DNA of 64,000 nucleotides from Octopus sinensis. Taxonomy: Eukaryota. The notes below the pieces were generated by a model that worked only from the letters and a program-made list of their open reading frames with translations, was not told where the DNA came from and did not search any database. Positions 1-12,876 of the stretch are shown here, one piece after another. A program made the translations under genes and the position numbers. The stretch lies in assembly GCF_006345805.1 (NCBI RefSeq), contig NC_043002.1, forward strand, positions 86,118,001 to 86,182,000, written 5' to 3'. Positions within the stretch are counted from its first letter, which is position 1. The number at the start of each line of letters is the position of its first letter.

Positions 1-59
1 TGGCAACTAGCAAATTTAAGGATAAGATTAACTACACAACCAACCCTAACCCCACCAAG

Positions 60-680
60 AGAAAACTCCACCAGAAAATTTTGTGGTTCACACTCCACTT
101 CTTCCTGAAGGTAAAAACTTGTGTAGATAAGATCCTTCTTTGTTTAATTAGTAAACACTTTCTTTAAACACATAGATAAAGAGACACATCTAAACAGGCA
201 TAACTTAAGAGTCTCTCTCAGTTGTGCACCTAGTATTAAAAAAATCTTAGTAAGTAGGCCCATACTTGAGACAGAGGTAGGATGTTAAGCCAGAGGCAAC
301 ACAGCATGTCTACAGAACACCAATGCGACACAGAAACCATTGTATATTAGGCACAAGTGATATCAAGGATTCCAACAGGCATATGGATGTGTGGAAATAT
401 GCGGGCATGACAGACAGTCCATTCAGAATTAGATTTAACATCCACAAATCTTCTTTCACAAACCAGATGTGAGGTTTTGTAGCCCTCGCTAGGCATATAT
501 GGTCATTGAATGTAAGTGCCATAGATTACAGCATCAAGTGGAGATTACCAGAAAAGTGTAAGGCTTATTTCAATAATGACAGTAGACTCTGCTTGACAAG
601 AAAATAATCATGCTAAAGAATTCTCATCCCCTGGATACCTACCTAAAGTGTAAAAGCAAAATTTTCCAAGCCCTTATGAT
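60..680 (+). mobile_element. Decayed Penelope-like retroelement 3' coding region (RT C-terminal linker plus GIY-YIG endonuclease)
   Basis: Manual translation across stops/frameshifts: RKILWFTLHFFLKVKTCVDKILLCLISKHF...NRHNLRVSLSCAPSIK...KYAGMTDSPFRIRFNIHKSSF...LARHIWSLN...DYSIKWRL, resembling the PLE pattern IIWFNPP...KVSYSC...YIGxTxxxFKxRYxNHKSSF...LSKYIW. Confidence 0.75.
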
Positions 681-1680
681 TAGAGATATTTGTTTGGATA
701 CTGGTAGACATATATCATGAACATAAATTTCAGATTTGCCACCATCAGCACCTCCCATCATCAGTCTGAGGATTCAGTACAATACTTATGTACTCAACTT
801 ATGACATACAAGGACACTCATACACCTAAACATAGAGGCTTATATATGATTTTAAGATTGACTAATCTCTCCCCTTCATCTGCACTTCTGACCTCCACAC
901 ATATTAAAACCATCCTACCCACACCTCAGATCACAACCCCACTCAACAGGCATTTATCTCATACACAGTGATGGTACAGGCTGATCCTTAATCAAGGGAC
1001 ATAACTCTTACAAAAAAGTTTCCTCTGAGCTTCTCCCAGAAGACACACATGCACACACGCATGCATGCACACACACAGACACATGCACACTCACATGCAC
1101 ACACACAAACATATAAATGGTATGTGTTTGTGTGCATGCATATGTGTATGCATGATAAGTGTCTTTTTTATTTCTTTTATCTTGTACTTTATTCTATTTT
1201 GATAAAAGGTTTACATGAAATGACACCACACTTCTTTTCCTTTTTACATTTTTTTGCTCTTTTGCTGATTAGTCCTTGCACACAACTTGTAATTTTTTTT
1301 ATCTATGTGTGTGGGTGCATGAGATTACATTTTCTCTATTAGTTTTCGAAAAATTTGCCCACCCATTGTAACTTCTCACATTGTCAATCTGTCTTTCATT
1401 GCCCTTGTTCAATTTGTGCTATTTCACCTGTATACAAATATGTTCCAAAGATTTAAATAGAAACACAACAAATGGAAAATTCACACATAGGACAATGCTA
1501 ATTCTTCGAATAGGCTTGGTGATGCAAATAGGAAAAATAGACCTCAAAACATGAGTATAGCACTTACCAAACTTTGATAAGTGCCAATGCACAGAAATTT
1601 TGGTTCATGAGTTACTCTGTTGCTTCTGCTAAATACTGATATATGTATATAGATGAAATGAAATGAAATGAAATAAAGAT

Positions 1681-2063
1681 GTGGGCATAGATGTATGGTA
1701 AGAAGTTTGTTTCCCAATCACATAGTTTTGGGTTCAGTTCCACCATGTGACACATTGGGCAGGTGTTTTCTACTATAGCTTTGGGCCAACCAAAGCCTTC
1801 TAAGTGGATTTGGTAGACAAAAATGGAAAGAATGTGTGTGCATGCATGTGTGCATGTGTGTCTTTGTCTCCAACCACCACTTGACAATTGGTGTTTGTTT
1901 ATATCCCCGTAACTTAGCAGTTCAGCAAAAAAAGAGTCCAATAGAATAAGTAGCAAACTTTAAAAGATAAGTACTAGGGTTGATTTGTTCAACTAAAGTC
2001 CCCTTCAAGATGGTGCCCCAGTATGACCACAGTCTAGTGAATGAAACAAGTAAAAGATAAAAG
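1681..2063 (+). mobile_element. Major tRNA-derived SINE family (octopus OK/OR-type), diverged copy
   Basis: Aligns by eye with 5464-5893: tRNA-like head, GGGCAAGTGTCTTCTACTATAGC block, central microsatellite, GAAACAAGTAAAAGA tail. Confidence 0.8.
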
Positions 2064-2510
2064 ATTTTGTAGATTAAATGCTTAAGAAGAAAAACAAACC
2101 AGTTATGGTACTTTTATATTTATATTGTGGATATACAAGATTTCTGGATGCTATTATAAGACGTACACAAGTCTATAAGAGCATGTGCATTTAAGTAATT
2201 ATATGTTTTGTGTGTCATACAGAGGAATAAAAATAAAATGTGTGATTAATGACATTAAAAAGATGTTTTATAGGTATAGTTAACACAATATATTTATTAT
2301 AGCATTCGAGGAGGGATTAAACTATTGTACATCCACCCACAGTCATTCAGTCACACCACCACCACACACACCACCTTCCCATTCCACATGCACACCCACT
2401 CACTACTACCACCACCAACTCCCACACTTACACAATAATTTATTAAGCTGACAAGGAAACTTCAAAGTGGTTGACTGACCTGCTAGAGGAAGCAGTCAAA
2501 TTTCCTTTAA

Positions 2511-3025
2511 TCCTTTAGCATTTAAACCAGTCAAACCCAGCCCAAATAGTCAACCTGTTTTATGTTCAAACTGGCCAGATCCAGTCTCTCACATCTATTC
2601 TACAACGTCATTCTAAAAACAAACAAACACATCATCAAAATCTTTAGGCTACAAAATGACACTCCACTGGTTCCGATGACAAAGGTTTCAGTTAATCTGA
2701 TCAACGGAACATCCTGCTCATACACAGACACATATACTCTTAATGCAGTTCTCAGTGGAGTTCAGTGTGACACAAAGTGTGACAAGGCTGGCTCTTGAAA
2801 TACAAGTACTACTCATTTTTGCCAGTTGAGTGGACTGGAGCAACATGAAATAAAGTGTCCCGCTCAAAGATACAAGTCACCAGGAATTGAACTCATGACC
2901 ACAAGCCAAATAGCCTAACCACTAAGCCACATGCCTTCACTGGCTACAAAATAATACATGATTAATTCAAAACAAAGTGAATAAACAAGCACTATATTTT
3001 ACAGAGCAACCTGAACGCTAAAAGG
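2511..3025. mobile_element. piggyBac-like MITE interrupted by a SINE
   Basis: TTAA on both sides; degenerate CCCTTTAG...CTAAAGGG ends; interior matches 22851-23073 and 45763-45971. Confidence 0.75.
2658..2941 (-). mobile_element. tRNA-derived SINE (GTGAAGGC..GTGGCTTAGTGGTTAG head family) nested in the MITE
   Basis: 11-bp TSD GGCTACAAAAT at 2647-2657 and 2942-2952; head matches 45362-45713. Confidence 0.8.
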
Positions 3026-3542
3026 TTAAATCACACCATAACATTTTAAGTAAGGAAAGGGTACATGAGACAATGTTGTTCTACATAACCATAAAAAAAA
3101 CAGGGTGATCACAATGGGAATGTCTTTGGTAATAGGTTAGCAGCCTATGAAGATTGACTTGGGACTAAATAACACTAACATATAATTTGACTTGCTACAA
3201 ATAACAGCTAAGTCTCTGAAATCGTGTCTTATTCTCTTGAACAAATGGGGGATGCAAGATAACATGGCCTTGCATTCCTCACACATAGGGAAAAGATAGG
3301 ATGGCCACTATTGGAATACTGTGACCATCCCATTATAGGTGTACTTAATCAGGGTTGACCTGGAGTTAAATAACAAAATATAAAACAGCCCTCTTCCACT
3401 ATAACCAATGAAGATCTGCTTGTATTAATGTTGTAAATTTATGGCAGAGGTTTAGAAGAAATAATGTGTCTTAAACAAAAGCAAACAATTTAAATGTTGT
3501 AAAGTCCTTTTAAGATTATTGTTTATAAAATAAATAATTACG

Positions 3543-3746
3543 GAGATGCACTTGCATAGCAAGTGACCAGATCTGAGATCGTGTGCTGGAACGAAAACAA
3601 TTGCAGCATGGAAGGTGTTTATAAGCCATTTAAGAAACACACAAAAACCGTTAAATTCACTTCGACATTTAAATTTAATTTGTCAAAATATTTTCATTGC
3701 TTTGAGACCGCGACCTGTTCACTGACAAAATTCCGTGCTGCATCTC
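3543..3746. mobile_element. About 200-bp MITE-like element with 8-bp TIR GAGATGCA
   Basis: GAGATGCA (3543-3550) and TGCATCTC (3739-3746); CpG-rich relative to flanks; no clear TSD. Confidence 0.55.
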
Positions 3747-3946
3747 AATAAATAAATAATGTAATCATCTCAAAATAAATAATGTAATCATAAAAAAAAA
3801 AAATTGACTTCAGGGTACAAAATATTTAAGTTATTCACAAATTGTGAACAATTTGACTGCTACTTTTGTGCTGAAATGAATTAACACAAAATGATAAACT
3901 AGTGATTCTCAATCATATTTTGCCTATGGACCCTGAATAAAAACTG

Positions 3947-3949
3947 AGT

Positions 3950-3990
<41 letters not shown>

Positions 3991-4190
3991 TAGTAGTAGC
4001 TCTCTCTTGGGCCCAAGGACGTATCAGGCAGGTTACTTGATTTCCTTGGTGTACCAAGAACACAACATTTCCCTTGAATGTAAAATGGTTCAGGATAAGG
4101 ACATTAAGGACAAAAGCCACACCACCGCTGCTGCCAGCACCACTGCCGCCAGCACCACTGCTGCCACAACCACCACCACCACCGCCACCA
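3947..4190. repeat. Trinucleotide microsatellites (CAG)n, (TAG)n, (CAC/CTG)n
   Basis: Directly visible; explains the poly-G/A/T ORFs 3899-4201 and 4007-4270. Confidence 0.9.
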
Positions 4191-4656
4191 AAAAATGTCA
4201 AACTCAGCAGCAGAAAATGGCAGTTTTATCTTTATTGTGTATCAAAATGCTAGTAGAATGTGATATATAGCCTATGTACACCATGCTACCAACTTGGCAA
4301 AACTGTGATAAGATGATGATGACATTGATGACATCGATGAGGAGGAGGACAAAGAAGATGAGGAGAAGGAAGACAATTATATCTGTTTGGTAATAGAGGC
4401 CCAGTGAAAATATAAAAGTTAACTGATTGATGCAATTTATTGAATTCTAAAAACCGCTTTACAGATTAATCTAAATAAAAATGGATAGGAAAGTGCATAA
4501 AATTGGAGATGAGGGATTGGTAGAATATTGATTGTAAAGTAAAGCATATTTTTGTATGGTTTGGCTAGAATTTTGAATTTTAAAAGTTATCATCATGAAA
4601 GAACACAGACTAAATATTTATGAAGGAATATCTATTGGTTAATTGAATAGTTTTGT

Positions 4657-4908
4657 CTGGAGTCGGCATGTAAAAAGCACCATTTGAGCGTGATCGTTTC
4701 CAGCGTTGCCTTACTGGCACGTGAAAAAACATTCGATCAAGGTCGTTGCCAGTGCCGCTAGACTGGCTCCTGTGCAGGTGGCACGTAAAAAACACCATTT
4801 TGAGCATGGGCATTGCCAGTACTACCTGACTGGCTCTTGTGCCAGTGGTATGTAAAAGCACCTACTACACTCTCGGAAAGCGGATGTTAAACAATGATGA
4901 TGATGATG
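4657..4908 (+). mobile_element. RTE-type 3' UTR fragment with (GAT)n tail
   Basis: Tandem GGCA(C/T)GTAAAAAGCACC units and GTTAAACAATGATGATG end, as in the tail at 31880-32146. Confidence 0.7.
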
Positions 4909-5044
4909 AAGAGAGAGATAGAGAGATGGGAATGAGTTATATGTAAAACAATGGTAAATTATCAAGGGGATACTACAATGATGGAGGTGCAGGGTATTTA
5001 GAAGAATCACATCTTTCTAAGTAAGGAAATATTTAAACAGGCAT

Positions 5045-5432
5045 TGATATGTGGTTCTAAGTTTGCTTCCCAACCACATGGTTCCGGGTTCAGTCCCACT
5101 GCATGGCACCTTGGGCAAGTGTCTTCTACTATAGCCTTAGACCAACCAAAGTCTTGTGAGTGGATTTGGTAGATAGAAACTGAAAGAAGCCCATCATATA
5201 CATACATATATTCATACATACATTTGTGTGTGCGTGTGTATCCACTTTCACCACCTGACAACCAATGTTGTTGTGTTAATGTCCCTGTAACTTAGCAGTT
5301 TGGTAAAAGAGATTGATTGAATAAGTACCAGATTTAAAAACAAAAAAAAACATGAAGGAGGCGATTCATTTGACTAAAATTTCTTTAAGGTGGTGCCCCA
5401 GCATGGCTGCAGTCTAATAACTGAAGCAAGTA
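5045..5432 (+). mobile_element. Major tRNA-derived SINE copy
   Basis: Same blocks as 5464-5893, directly upstream of it. Confidence 0.85.
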
Positions 5433-5463
5433 TAAAAAAAATTTTTAAAAAACATACTTATAT

Positions 5464-5893
5464 AGGTAGGAGTGGCTGTGTGGTAAGTAGCTTGCTTACA
5501 AACCACATGGTTCCGGGTTCAGTCCCACTGCGTGGCACCTTGGGCAAGTGTCTTCTACTATAGCCTCGGGCCAAACAAAGCCTTGTGAGTGGATTTGGTA
5601 GACAGAAACTGAAAGAACCCCTTCGTATGTATGTATATATATATACATATGTATGTGTGTGTGTGTGTTTGTGCATATGCTTGTGTGTCTGTGTTTGTTT
5701 CCCCAACATCGCTTGACAACCGATGCTGGTGTGTTTACGCCCCTGTAACTTAGCAGTTCAGCAAAAGAGACAGATAGAATAAGTACTAGGCTTACAAAGA
5801 ATAAGTCCTGGGGTCGATTTGCTTGACTAAAGGCGGTGTTCCAGCATGGTCACAGTCAAATGACTGAAACAAGTAAAAGAGAGTAAAAGAGAG
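5464..5893 (+). mobile_element. Major tRNA-derived SINE, near-consensus copy
   Basis: A/B-box-like head GGAGTGGCTGTGTGGTAAG...GGGTTCAGTCCC, central (TA)n(TG)n, tail GACTGAAACAAGTAAAAGAGAGTAAAAGAGAG; about ten relatives in the window. Confidence 0.9.
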
Positions 5894-6862
5894 TATATTT
5901 TAAACACATTTTCAAAACAGAAATTTTGTTTTGGTTAGAATATGGGCAGGACATAGTGTTATCAGTGAGCAGGAACATAACTGATGAAGTGCCAAGATCC
6001 AGTATAATTTCATTATGCAAGTCCTCACTCTTCTTTCATAATTTACTTAAAAATTAAACATAGGAAGCACCAGTTCACACATATGTAAAAGTGTAAAAGG
6101 AGACACATGCTGGATGGAATAATAGAGGAAAATGTGGATAATAAACCACTGGTTTTTTTTTACAGAACTTGGAGAAGGGCGTTTGTAAAATGTCACTTGG
6201 TGAAAGGAGGTGTTGAACTAAAAAGTTTAAGGACCCCTGCATTACACTAATCTATAATGAAAAGTCTTTTGGACTGGAATTGGATGATGATGATGATGAT
6301 GATGATGGTGATGATGAGTCAAGAGTACTAGTTGTGACCATCCTGGCATTTTAAACATATTTTATCCCAGATTATATTGTCCGATATATCCTTCCTACTT
6401 TTAAGAAGTAGAGTTTGATTGGAGAAAGATGGCTGTGATGCTCTTCATCATCAACTCTTCACTTATCTGCTATCACCCTCAATGCCCTCACATATCTACC
6501 ACAGCCACTGTCCCCATGCCTCTCCTACATTTCTTTCCATCATTTGCCATAATCACCTCTAGCCTTACCACTCACCCAGTCCAAACCTCTGTATCACCTC
6601 ACCTATTCTTAACACCCCCAATATCTCCAGATGTCCTGACACATCTCCATCACCATCTCTCACACTATCACTCTCTTTCTCTCTAACCCACTTGTCTTTG
6701 ATTTCCAACTGGAGTATCCATGTATCTACTCTGCAGCAAGACACATCTGTCCCTTCTATACCTTAAATCTTTCAAGTGGCACAAAGTCACACCCCCTGAA
6801 TACTACTCTCCCCTTCCACTTGAGGGTGTTTGCCTTGCAAGGTATTTGGTGACCCTATTGAA

Positions 6863-7094
6863 AGGCGTTGAGCTGGCAGAATCGTTAGCATGCCGGGCGA
6901 AATGCTTAGCGGTATTTCGTCTGTCGTTACGTTCTGAGTTCAAATTCCGCTGAGGTCAATTTTGCCTTTCAACCTTTCGGGGTCGATAAATTAAGTACCA
7001 GTTTCACACTGGGGTCAATGTAATCGACTTAATCCATTTGTGTGTCCTTATTTGTCCCCTCTATGTTTAGCCCCTTGTGGGTAGTAAAGAAATA
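6863..7094 (+). mobile_element. Second tRNA-derived SINE family (GAGCTGGCAGAATCGTTAG head)
   Basis: A-box TGGCAGAATCG, B-box GAGTTCAAATTC, core TTTGCCTTTCAACCTTTCGGGGTCGATAAATTAAGTACCAG; decayed relatives at about 10020-10135, 33870-34070, 34650-34800. Confidence 0.8.
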
Positions 7095-7348
7095 TATTGG
7101 TGCTGACATCATGCAAAAATATTGGTGCTGGTTCCACATAAAAAGCACTGGTGCTGGTGCCATGTAAAAAGCATCCAGAACACTTTGTAAAGTGGTTGAT
7201 GTTAAGAAGGGCATCCAGCTGTAGAAATCATGCCAAAACAGACAATATAACTTAGTGTGGCTCCTGACCTTGCCAGTTCCTGTCAAAACGTCCAACACAT
7301 GCCAGTATGGAAAGTGGATGTTAAGTGATGACGATGATGATGATGATA
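7095..7348 (+). mobile_element. RTE-type 3' tail with (GAT)n
   Basis: GAAGGGCATCCAGCTGTAGAAA...CATGCCAGTATGGAAAGTGGATGTTAAGTGATGACGATG; other fragments at about 11525-11625, 15395-15730, 20498-20546, 21093-21340, 24498-24606, 58635-58960. Confidence 0.75.
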
Positions 7349-8891
7349 TAAAAGTTTTCAAGAAAATTTCTGTATAAATATGTTATTGATATTCTTGCTG
7401 TTGTTGCTTAGCTCCAAGTGAACCTTGATTAAGAGGACATATAATTAAAGGCATTCCTTCCATGACAATCCCGCAATATTTAATGTACAATATTTAATGT
7501 GTCCTATCAGAACATTATTTACTAATGTGTCCTATCAGAACATTATTTACATTTCAAATATCCACAGTTGTTGAGGAATATGTAATGAGAGATAGAGTAA
7601 AAAGATTTGCTTAACCATTTTAGTGCCAGTCTGTCAAAGATTATATAATAACCTTAATATCTGTCCCAAACATTGGCTTGATATACCAATTAATGATAAA
7701 AAAAAAGTTAAGTATTTTAGTCAATTCCTCTAAGTTTTGGATAATTTTCAAGAATTAGTAAATGACAGATTTCACAGTTGAGATAATATATTTAAATTAA
7801 ATGTTAATATATTTAAATTAAATGCTAATAGTTTTAGATAATTTCTAACTTAATTATTTTGGTATTTTTGTACGATACTTCATAATTTTCATCACCACCA
7901 CCACCACCGTCGTCGTAGTCGTCGTCATCGTCGTCATCGTCATCATCATCATCACCAGTAGCATCATCATTACTATCATTATCAATATCCTTTTATGTTT
8001 GCTTTTCCTTGCTGGCATGGGAATATAGCATCAGATGATTTATCACAGATCAAGTTTTTTTTTTTTCATAGGGCCCTCCTAGTTAGTTCAGGGACCACAT
8101 CTTGCTCATATTTTAAATTTTTGGAATGTTTTCCCTTGTTAGCACATCATCAGCACATTAGCAGTTCCCTTGACCCTGACAACACTAAAGAGCCCTCTTT
8201 ACAGTTTCCATTCATTTACTACTGTCAGAGGGTGGTCTTGTTCTCAGAAAATAAAAAAAAAAGAATTATGAAACAGTAACCAGAATGAGAGCATGGTAGA
8301 AAGAATAAACTAAGAGATAAAGTGACACACAGCTATATGATGGTTGTTGGTAAGGAGATTAAACAGAGTAGCATCAGTAGAGGGGAAAGTGATCAGAGAG
8401 AGACTGGATGATAGAAGAGAGAGGATGATAAAAGAGAGTGAGAGAGAGAAAGAGAATTAGTGATGGATGTTAACAATGAGTGATAGAGGAGAGTGTAACA
8501 TGAGAGACTGATCAAAATGGGTGTTGATAAGAGAATAAGAGTGACATAAGTCAATAATGAGTGATAAGGAAGGGAATAATGGAGACAGAGACTGACAATG
8601 TACATACACATGCACAATGGACTTCTGCACATTACTAGTTATAAGGCAGTGGTCAACCCAAAGATATACAGTAGAAAACAAATACTTTCACAAGGTACTG
8701 TAAAGTAAAACTGAACCCAGAAGCATGTGGCTGCAATGCAAATGTTTTAATACAAGCTATCAAATCAGAAATCTTAGCTTTGAAAAGAAAGCTCAAGATT
8801 TTACAAAGATATGACAACTATTTTCAAAAACAAAACGACTATAGTATCAGCTTGTATAAAATTCAAAAAACATGTCTTTTTCAACATCATT

Positions 8892-9313
8892 ACTCTTTAC
8901 TCTCTCTTTTACTCTCTTACTTGTTTCAGTCATTTGACTGCGGCCATGCTGGAGCACCGCCTTTAGTCAAGCAAATCGACACCAGGACTTATTCTTTGAA
9001 AGCCTAGTACTTATTCTATCGGTTTCTTTTTGCCGAACCGCTAAGTTACGGGGACATAATACCAGCATCAGTTGTCAAGCGATGTTGGGGGGACAAACAC
9101 AGACACACAAACACACACATACATATATATACATACATATACATATATACAACGGGCTTCTTTCAGTTTCTGTCTACCAAATCCACTCACAAGGCTTTGG
9201 TCGGCCCGAGGCTATAGCAGAAGACACTTGCCCAAGGTGCCATGCAGTGGGACTAAACCCGGAACCATGTGGTTGGTAAGCAAGCTACTTACCACACAGC
9301 CACTCCTGCGCCT
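8892..9313 (-). mobile_element. Major tRNA-derived SINE, near-consensus copy
   Basis: Reverse complement of 5464-5893. Confidence 0.9.
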
Positions 9314-11097
9314 AGAAATTATTTAGAAACACTGTAGTTGAACTTCATTTTTCTTCCATATGAGAAACAATTACAAGTTAATACAACCTATGAGCTTCTA
9401 TAAGATTACTCAACCTGCTAGAAATAGTAATGAAATCTACTTCAAAACACACTCTACCATCTTATAAAACAAAACAAAAAAAAAACCAGAAAAATTGTAC
9501 AATATAGTCCAAGAAATGCAAGGAAACAGGACTGTTACAACAGGAAAGCGTTTGATTATGGGTTGTTCAATCAGAACTGACATCAAACTAAGCAAATACA
9601 CTAGAAACCACTAATTTTTTAGACCTTTATACCACTGATACCAGCAATTCTTTTTCATTGGCAGTAGCAGTGTGTCCTCAGTGTTGAGAATGTTTCTGAA
9701 ATATCTAAAACCCTGAAGCCTTATTAGTGAGTTTGATGTGTCAGGAGAAAGAAGTTACGAGTTGATCCCCCTTCAAAGCCCCTGTATCTATAGCACAAAT
9801 ATGCTGAAGCAATAGATAGCCAGTCTGAATACAGTCAGTCATTATCTACCTTGACACATGCTCTTATCCAGTTAAGGGTGGATAACATAGCCATTGGTGA
9901 GAATTGAATCACCTAAGTGGAATTTGGACTCAGAATGGAAACAGATGGAGCAGATTACACAAGATATTCCATCTGATGTTCAAACAATTTCATCAATCCA
10001 TTGCTTCTTATCACACTTGGATAAATGGCAAGCGAAGTTGACTTTGGTGGGATCTGAACTCAGACTGCAGGGAGCCAGAACAAATACTACAAAGCACTTT
10101 ATCCAATGCGCTAATGATTCTGCCAATTCCCTGCCTGTATTATTAAGATGGTTAATGGGTGTCACCAAATCAATGGTTTTAATATTTCAGAGCAAAAGAG
10201 AGTAAAATGATGACAACTGATAAATCAATAGATAACATTTCTTATTTATTCTACCATTTTCCCTATCTGAGATGTATTCATACTTAGTACAAAGCCTTTT
10301 AGAAAATCCATTTGCATCAAAACAATGGCAGCCAAAGATCAATATTATGATGACCATAAATGCAGAAGTTAAATCAGTAAGTATTATAATATAGTAACTT
10401 CAAGTTCAAGATTAGTTTTGGTGGAAATTTTCATCTTGCTTTGCCTTTAAGGTATCATCCCATCTCTGTCTGTACAGCAGGGAGATATACTTGCTGTCCC
10501 TTGTACTGCATTTTACTAATAAACCATCCACTAGTGATCAATTTGGTAATGAATATTTCGCACAACATAAACTCATTCATATGAAAGCAGTAATTCCTTT
10601 TCTATCATTAATGTTATAAAATATGGTACATTCACATTTCTCAAAATAATCCTTTCTCCCTTTCACAGAGAATGAATGTACCATATTGTATGCTATAACA
10701 GACAACCTGGAAAGCAATTTGATCTAACTATTTCAAAAATGTGTGATTCTCAGGACTGAAATGGCATTTAATGAATTAATACACATCAAATAAATAATCA
10801 ATTATTCAGTTTAATTATAAAAATTATTAGTAAATAACAATTACATCATGGAAAAGTAATTTTAGTCACTAAAAACAAACAATTACTGCTAAATTAATTT
10901 TTCTCTGATTTCTTGAGGTGTGAGGAACTATATCAAAAGTTAAATGAAAAGTGAATTTCACATTTTTTTAATATATAAAATGATTAAAATGACTCTTCCA
11001 TGATGCAATTGCATCAGTTTCAACACATACTCTCAGATCAAGTCACTTGTTAGACAAGTATACAACCCCAACATGATTAATAAATATTTGAATCTAC

Positions 11098-11283
11098 CTG
11101 CAACTGGCCAATTTCAGCTGCATTATGTAATGGAGTAGCTCCAGTTTTATCCATGGAAATTGTTGCTCCGCCTGACTGCAAAAGCCATTCAACAACTTTG
11201 GCTTGACCACAGCTGGCTGCAAAGTGTAAAGGTGTAGCACCATCAAAATCTCTTTCATTTGAGTCAGCTTTGGCTTCTTCCAC
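11098..11283 (-). CDS. ESPN: Internal exon (186 bp, phase 0-0) of an espin/forked-like ankyrin-repeat protein
   Basis: Acceptor tttttcattttAG, donor CAG|GTAGAT; [62 protein letters not shown]; resembles, from memory, espin [35 protein letters not shown]...GGTPLHDAAENGELE. Confidence 0.85.
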
Positions 11284-12876
11284 CTAAAATGAAAAAGTTG
11301 ACATTAATGGCTTACTTTCACAAAAGAATTTCTGAAGAGTTGCAAACATAAGAAAAAGTCATTAAAATGTCAGCAGAGCATAATAAAACATATTACAGAA
11401 AAGATATGACAATAAAATGATCATATTAGAATATGTAAAATTATAAGCAATATTGTATGTATTCTTATACTGTGTGAATCCCAGATTTTATAATACACCA
11501 TATGCCTGTGTATCATAAGAAGTAATTAAAAGGATTGGTGTCAGGAAGGACATCCAGCTGTAAACATTACCCCCAAAACTCCCTACCCACCCATGCTAGC
11601 ATGGAAAAACAGATATAAAAATGATCTGGTACAATGCTACAATTTCATGAGAAAGTGGCATGGGTGACCGGATTAATGAGAAAAGGAGACAAGTGATTAA
11701 ATTAATTCATTATTTATCAATCAAACACAGATGAAAGCTTATGCCAACTACAGTAGATCTTCAACTCAAAATGTAGATGCAGAGAATTTAGTATTGGTAA
11801 ATATTTAACAATTATTGCAATATTTTCCACATATACTCCTTCTCAACCATCAATGGTCCTGGTGATTTCATATTCATGACATAGCAAAACTGCATCCCAA
11901 AGGTTGACCTTTCTCTTTAGCGGTAGAAAATACTTCATATCTCAACAGCTGCTAACTTTAAGATTCAAGTAAAACCCAAACAAGAATATTACTCCCACAT
12001 GTGGGACAGTGCTGCTGCTGCTGCACACATGAATATCCTAGATTGCAACCAGAGAAGGGTCACCTGACTGATTTGCATGGTGCCACTCACCAACATACTC
12101 CAAATTTTGCCCTACATATAATCCCTCCACACTGCTTTTTATGTCTTGACCACAGAGGTCTCAACTCATCAGAGCTAATTAAATTTGTGGAAGTGGTACA
12201 AAATTTCCACTTCTACTCAGGCCCACTTGACTTACTCATTTCACTTCCCTCCTGTTTTCTCACCTATCCTTACACTAATTACTTCATCCAATCTTTCATC
12301 CCCCATATTTAAACCTCTGGAATTACTTCCTGTCTATGTTCTACCTGTAGTTAACTTTCACTTGTTCCAGAAAAAAAAACAAAAAAAAAACAAATGCATT
12401 GACTATGCCAGTCTGACATATATACAGATTTCTAAAGCAAATTTTGCATTGTAGAAGGGCAAATTCAAGATCTGGTATTTAACCCATAAGTGCATGTTTT
12501 GAAAAGCAGACAAAAGAAATAACACAATGTTGTCAAACTGCATTTGGAATTTGAAAAATTACAATATTGATAAGTTTAACATTATCTGGGTTATAACTTC
12601 AACACACATATCTTATGCAGTATAAATTACTGTAGCCTCACCTAAAGTAATGCTATAAAATATTTCATCATCATCAAAAGAACAGACACCGTAAATAAGT
12701 AATCACAGTTAATCTTTAAATGATGATATAAAAACAAATGCTACTTTATTGAGGAAGCTGTTTGAGCTAAAATTTGTAAACAAGCAAGCAATTGAGAGTC
12801 TGCAGATAACCATTCCCTAAACAAGACAAACCAGAAGGAAGAAAAAGAGGAAAACATGTATGTAAATACACACATA

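Noticed and set aside
1561-1640. Minus-strand GTAAGT donor with a short open frame (RSNRVTHEPKFLCIGTYQSL) as the next espin exon
   Set aside because: No ankyrin or espin similarity and no convincing acceptor in the required phase.
4660-4870. Repeated GGCA(C/T)GTAAAAAGCACC units with variable spacers, superficially CRISPR-like
   Set aside because: Spacers are homologous to each other; eukaryotic LINE 3' UTR tandem units; no cas genes.
5464-5535. tRNA gene at SINE heads
   Set aside because: A/B-box-like motifs only, no full cloverleaf, always attached to SINE bodies.
5981-5990. Isolated CTGATGA motifs (also about 17323 and 46391)
   Set aside because: No stem II plus GAAA in the right arrangement.
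9072-9326. Recurrent ORFs such as RGYSRRHLPKVPCSGTEPGTMW and VYQIHSQGFGRP
   Set aside because: Antisense translations of the major SINE, not a protein family.
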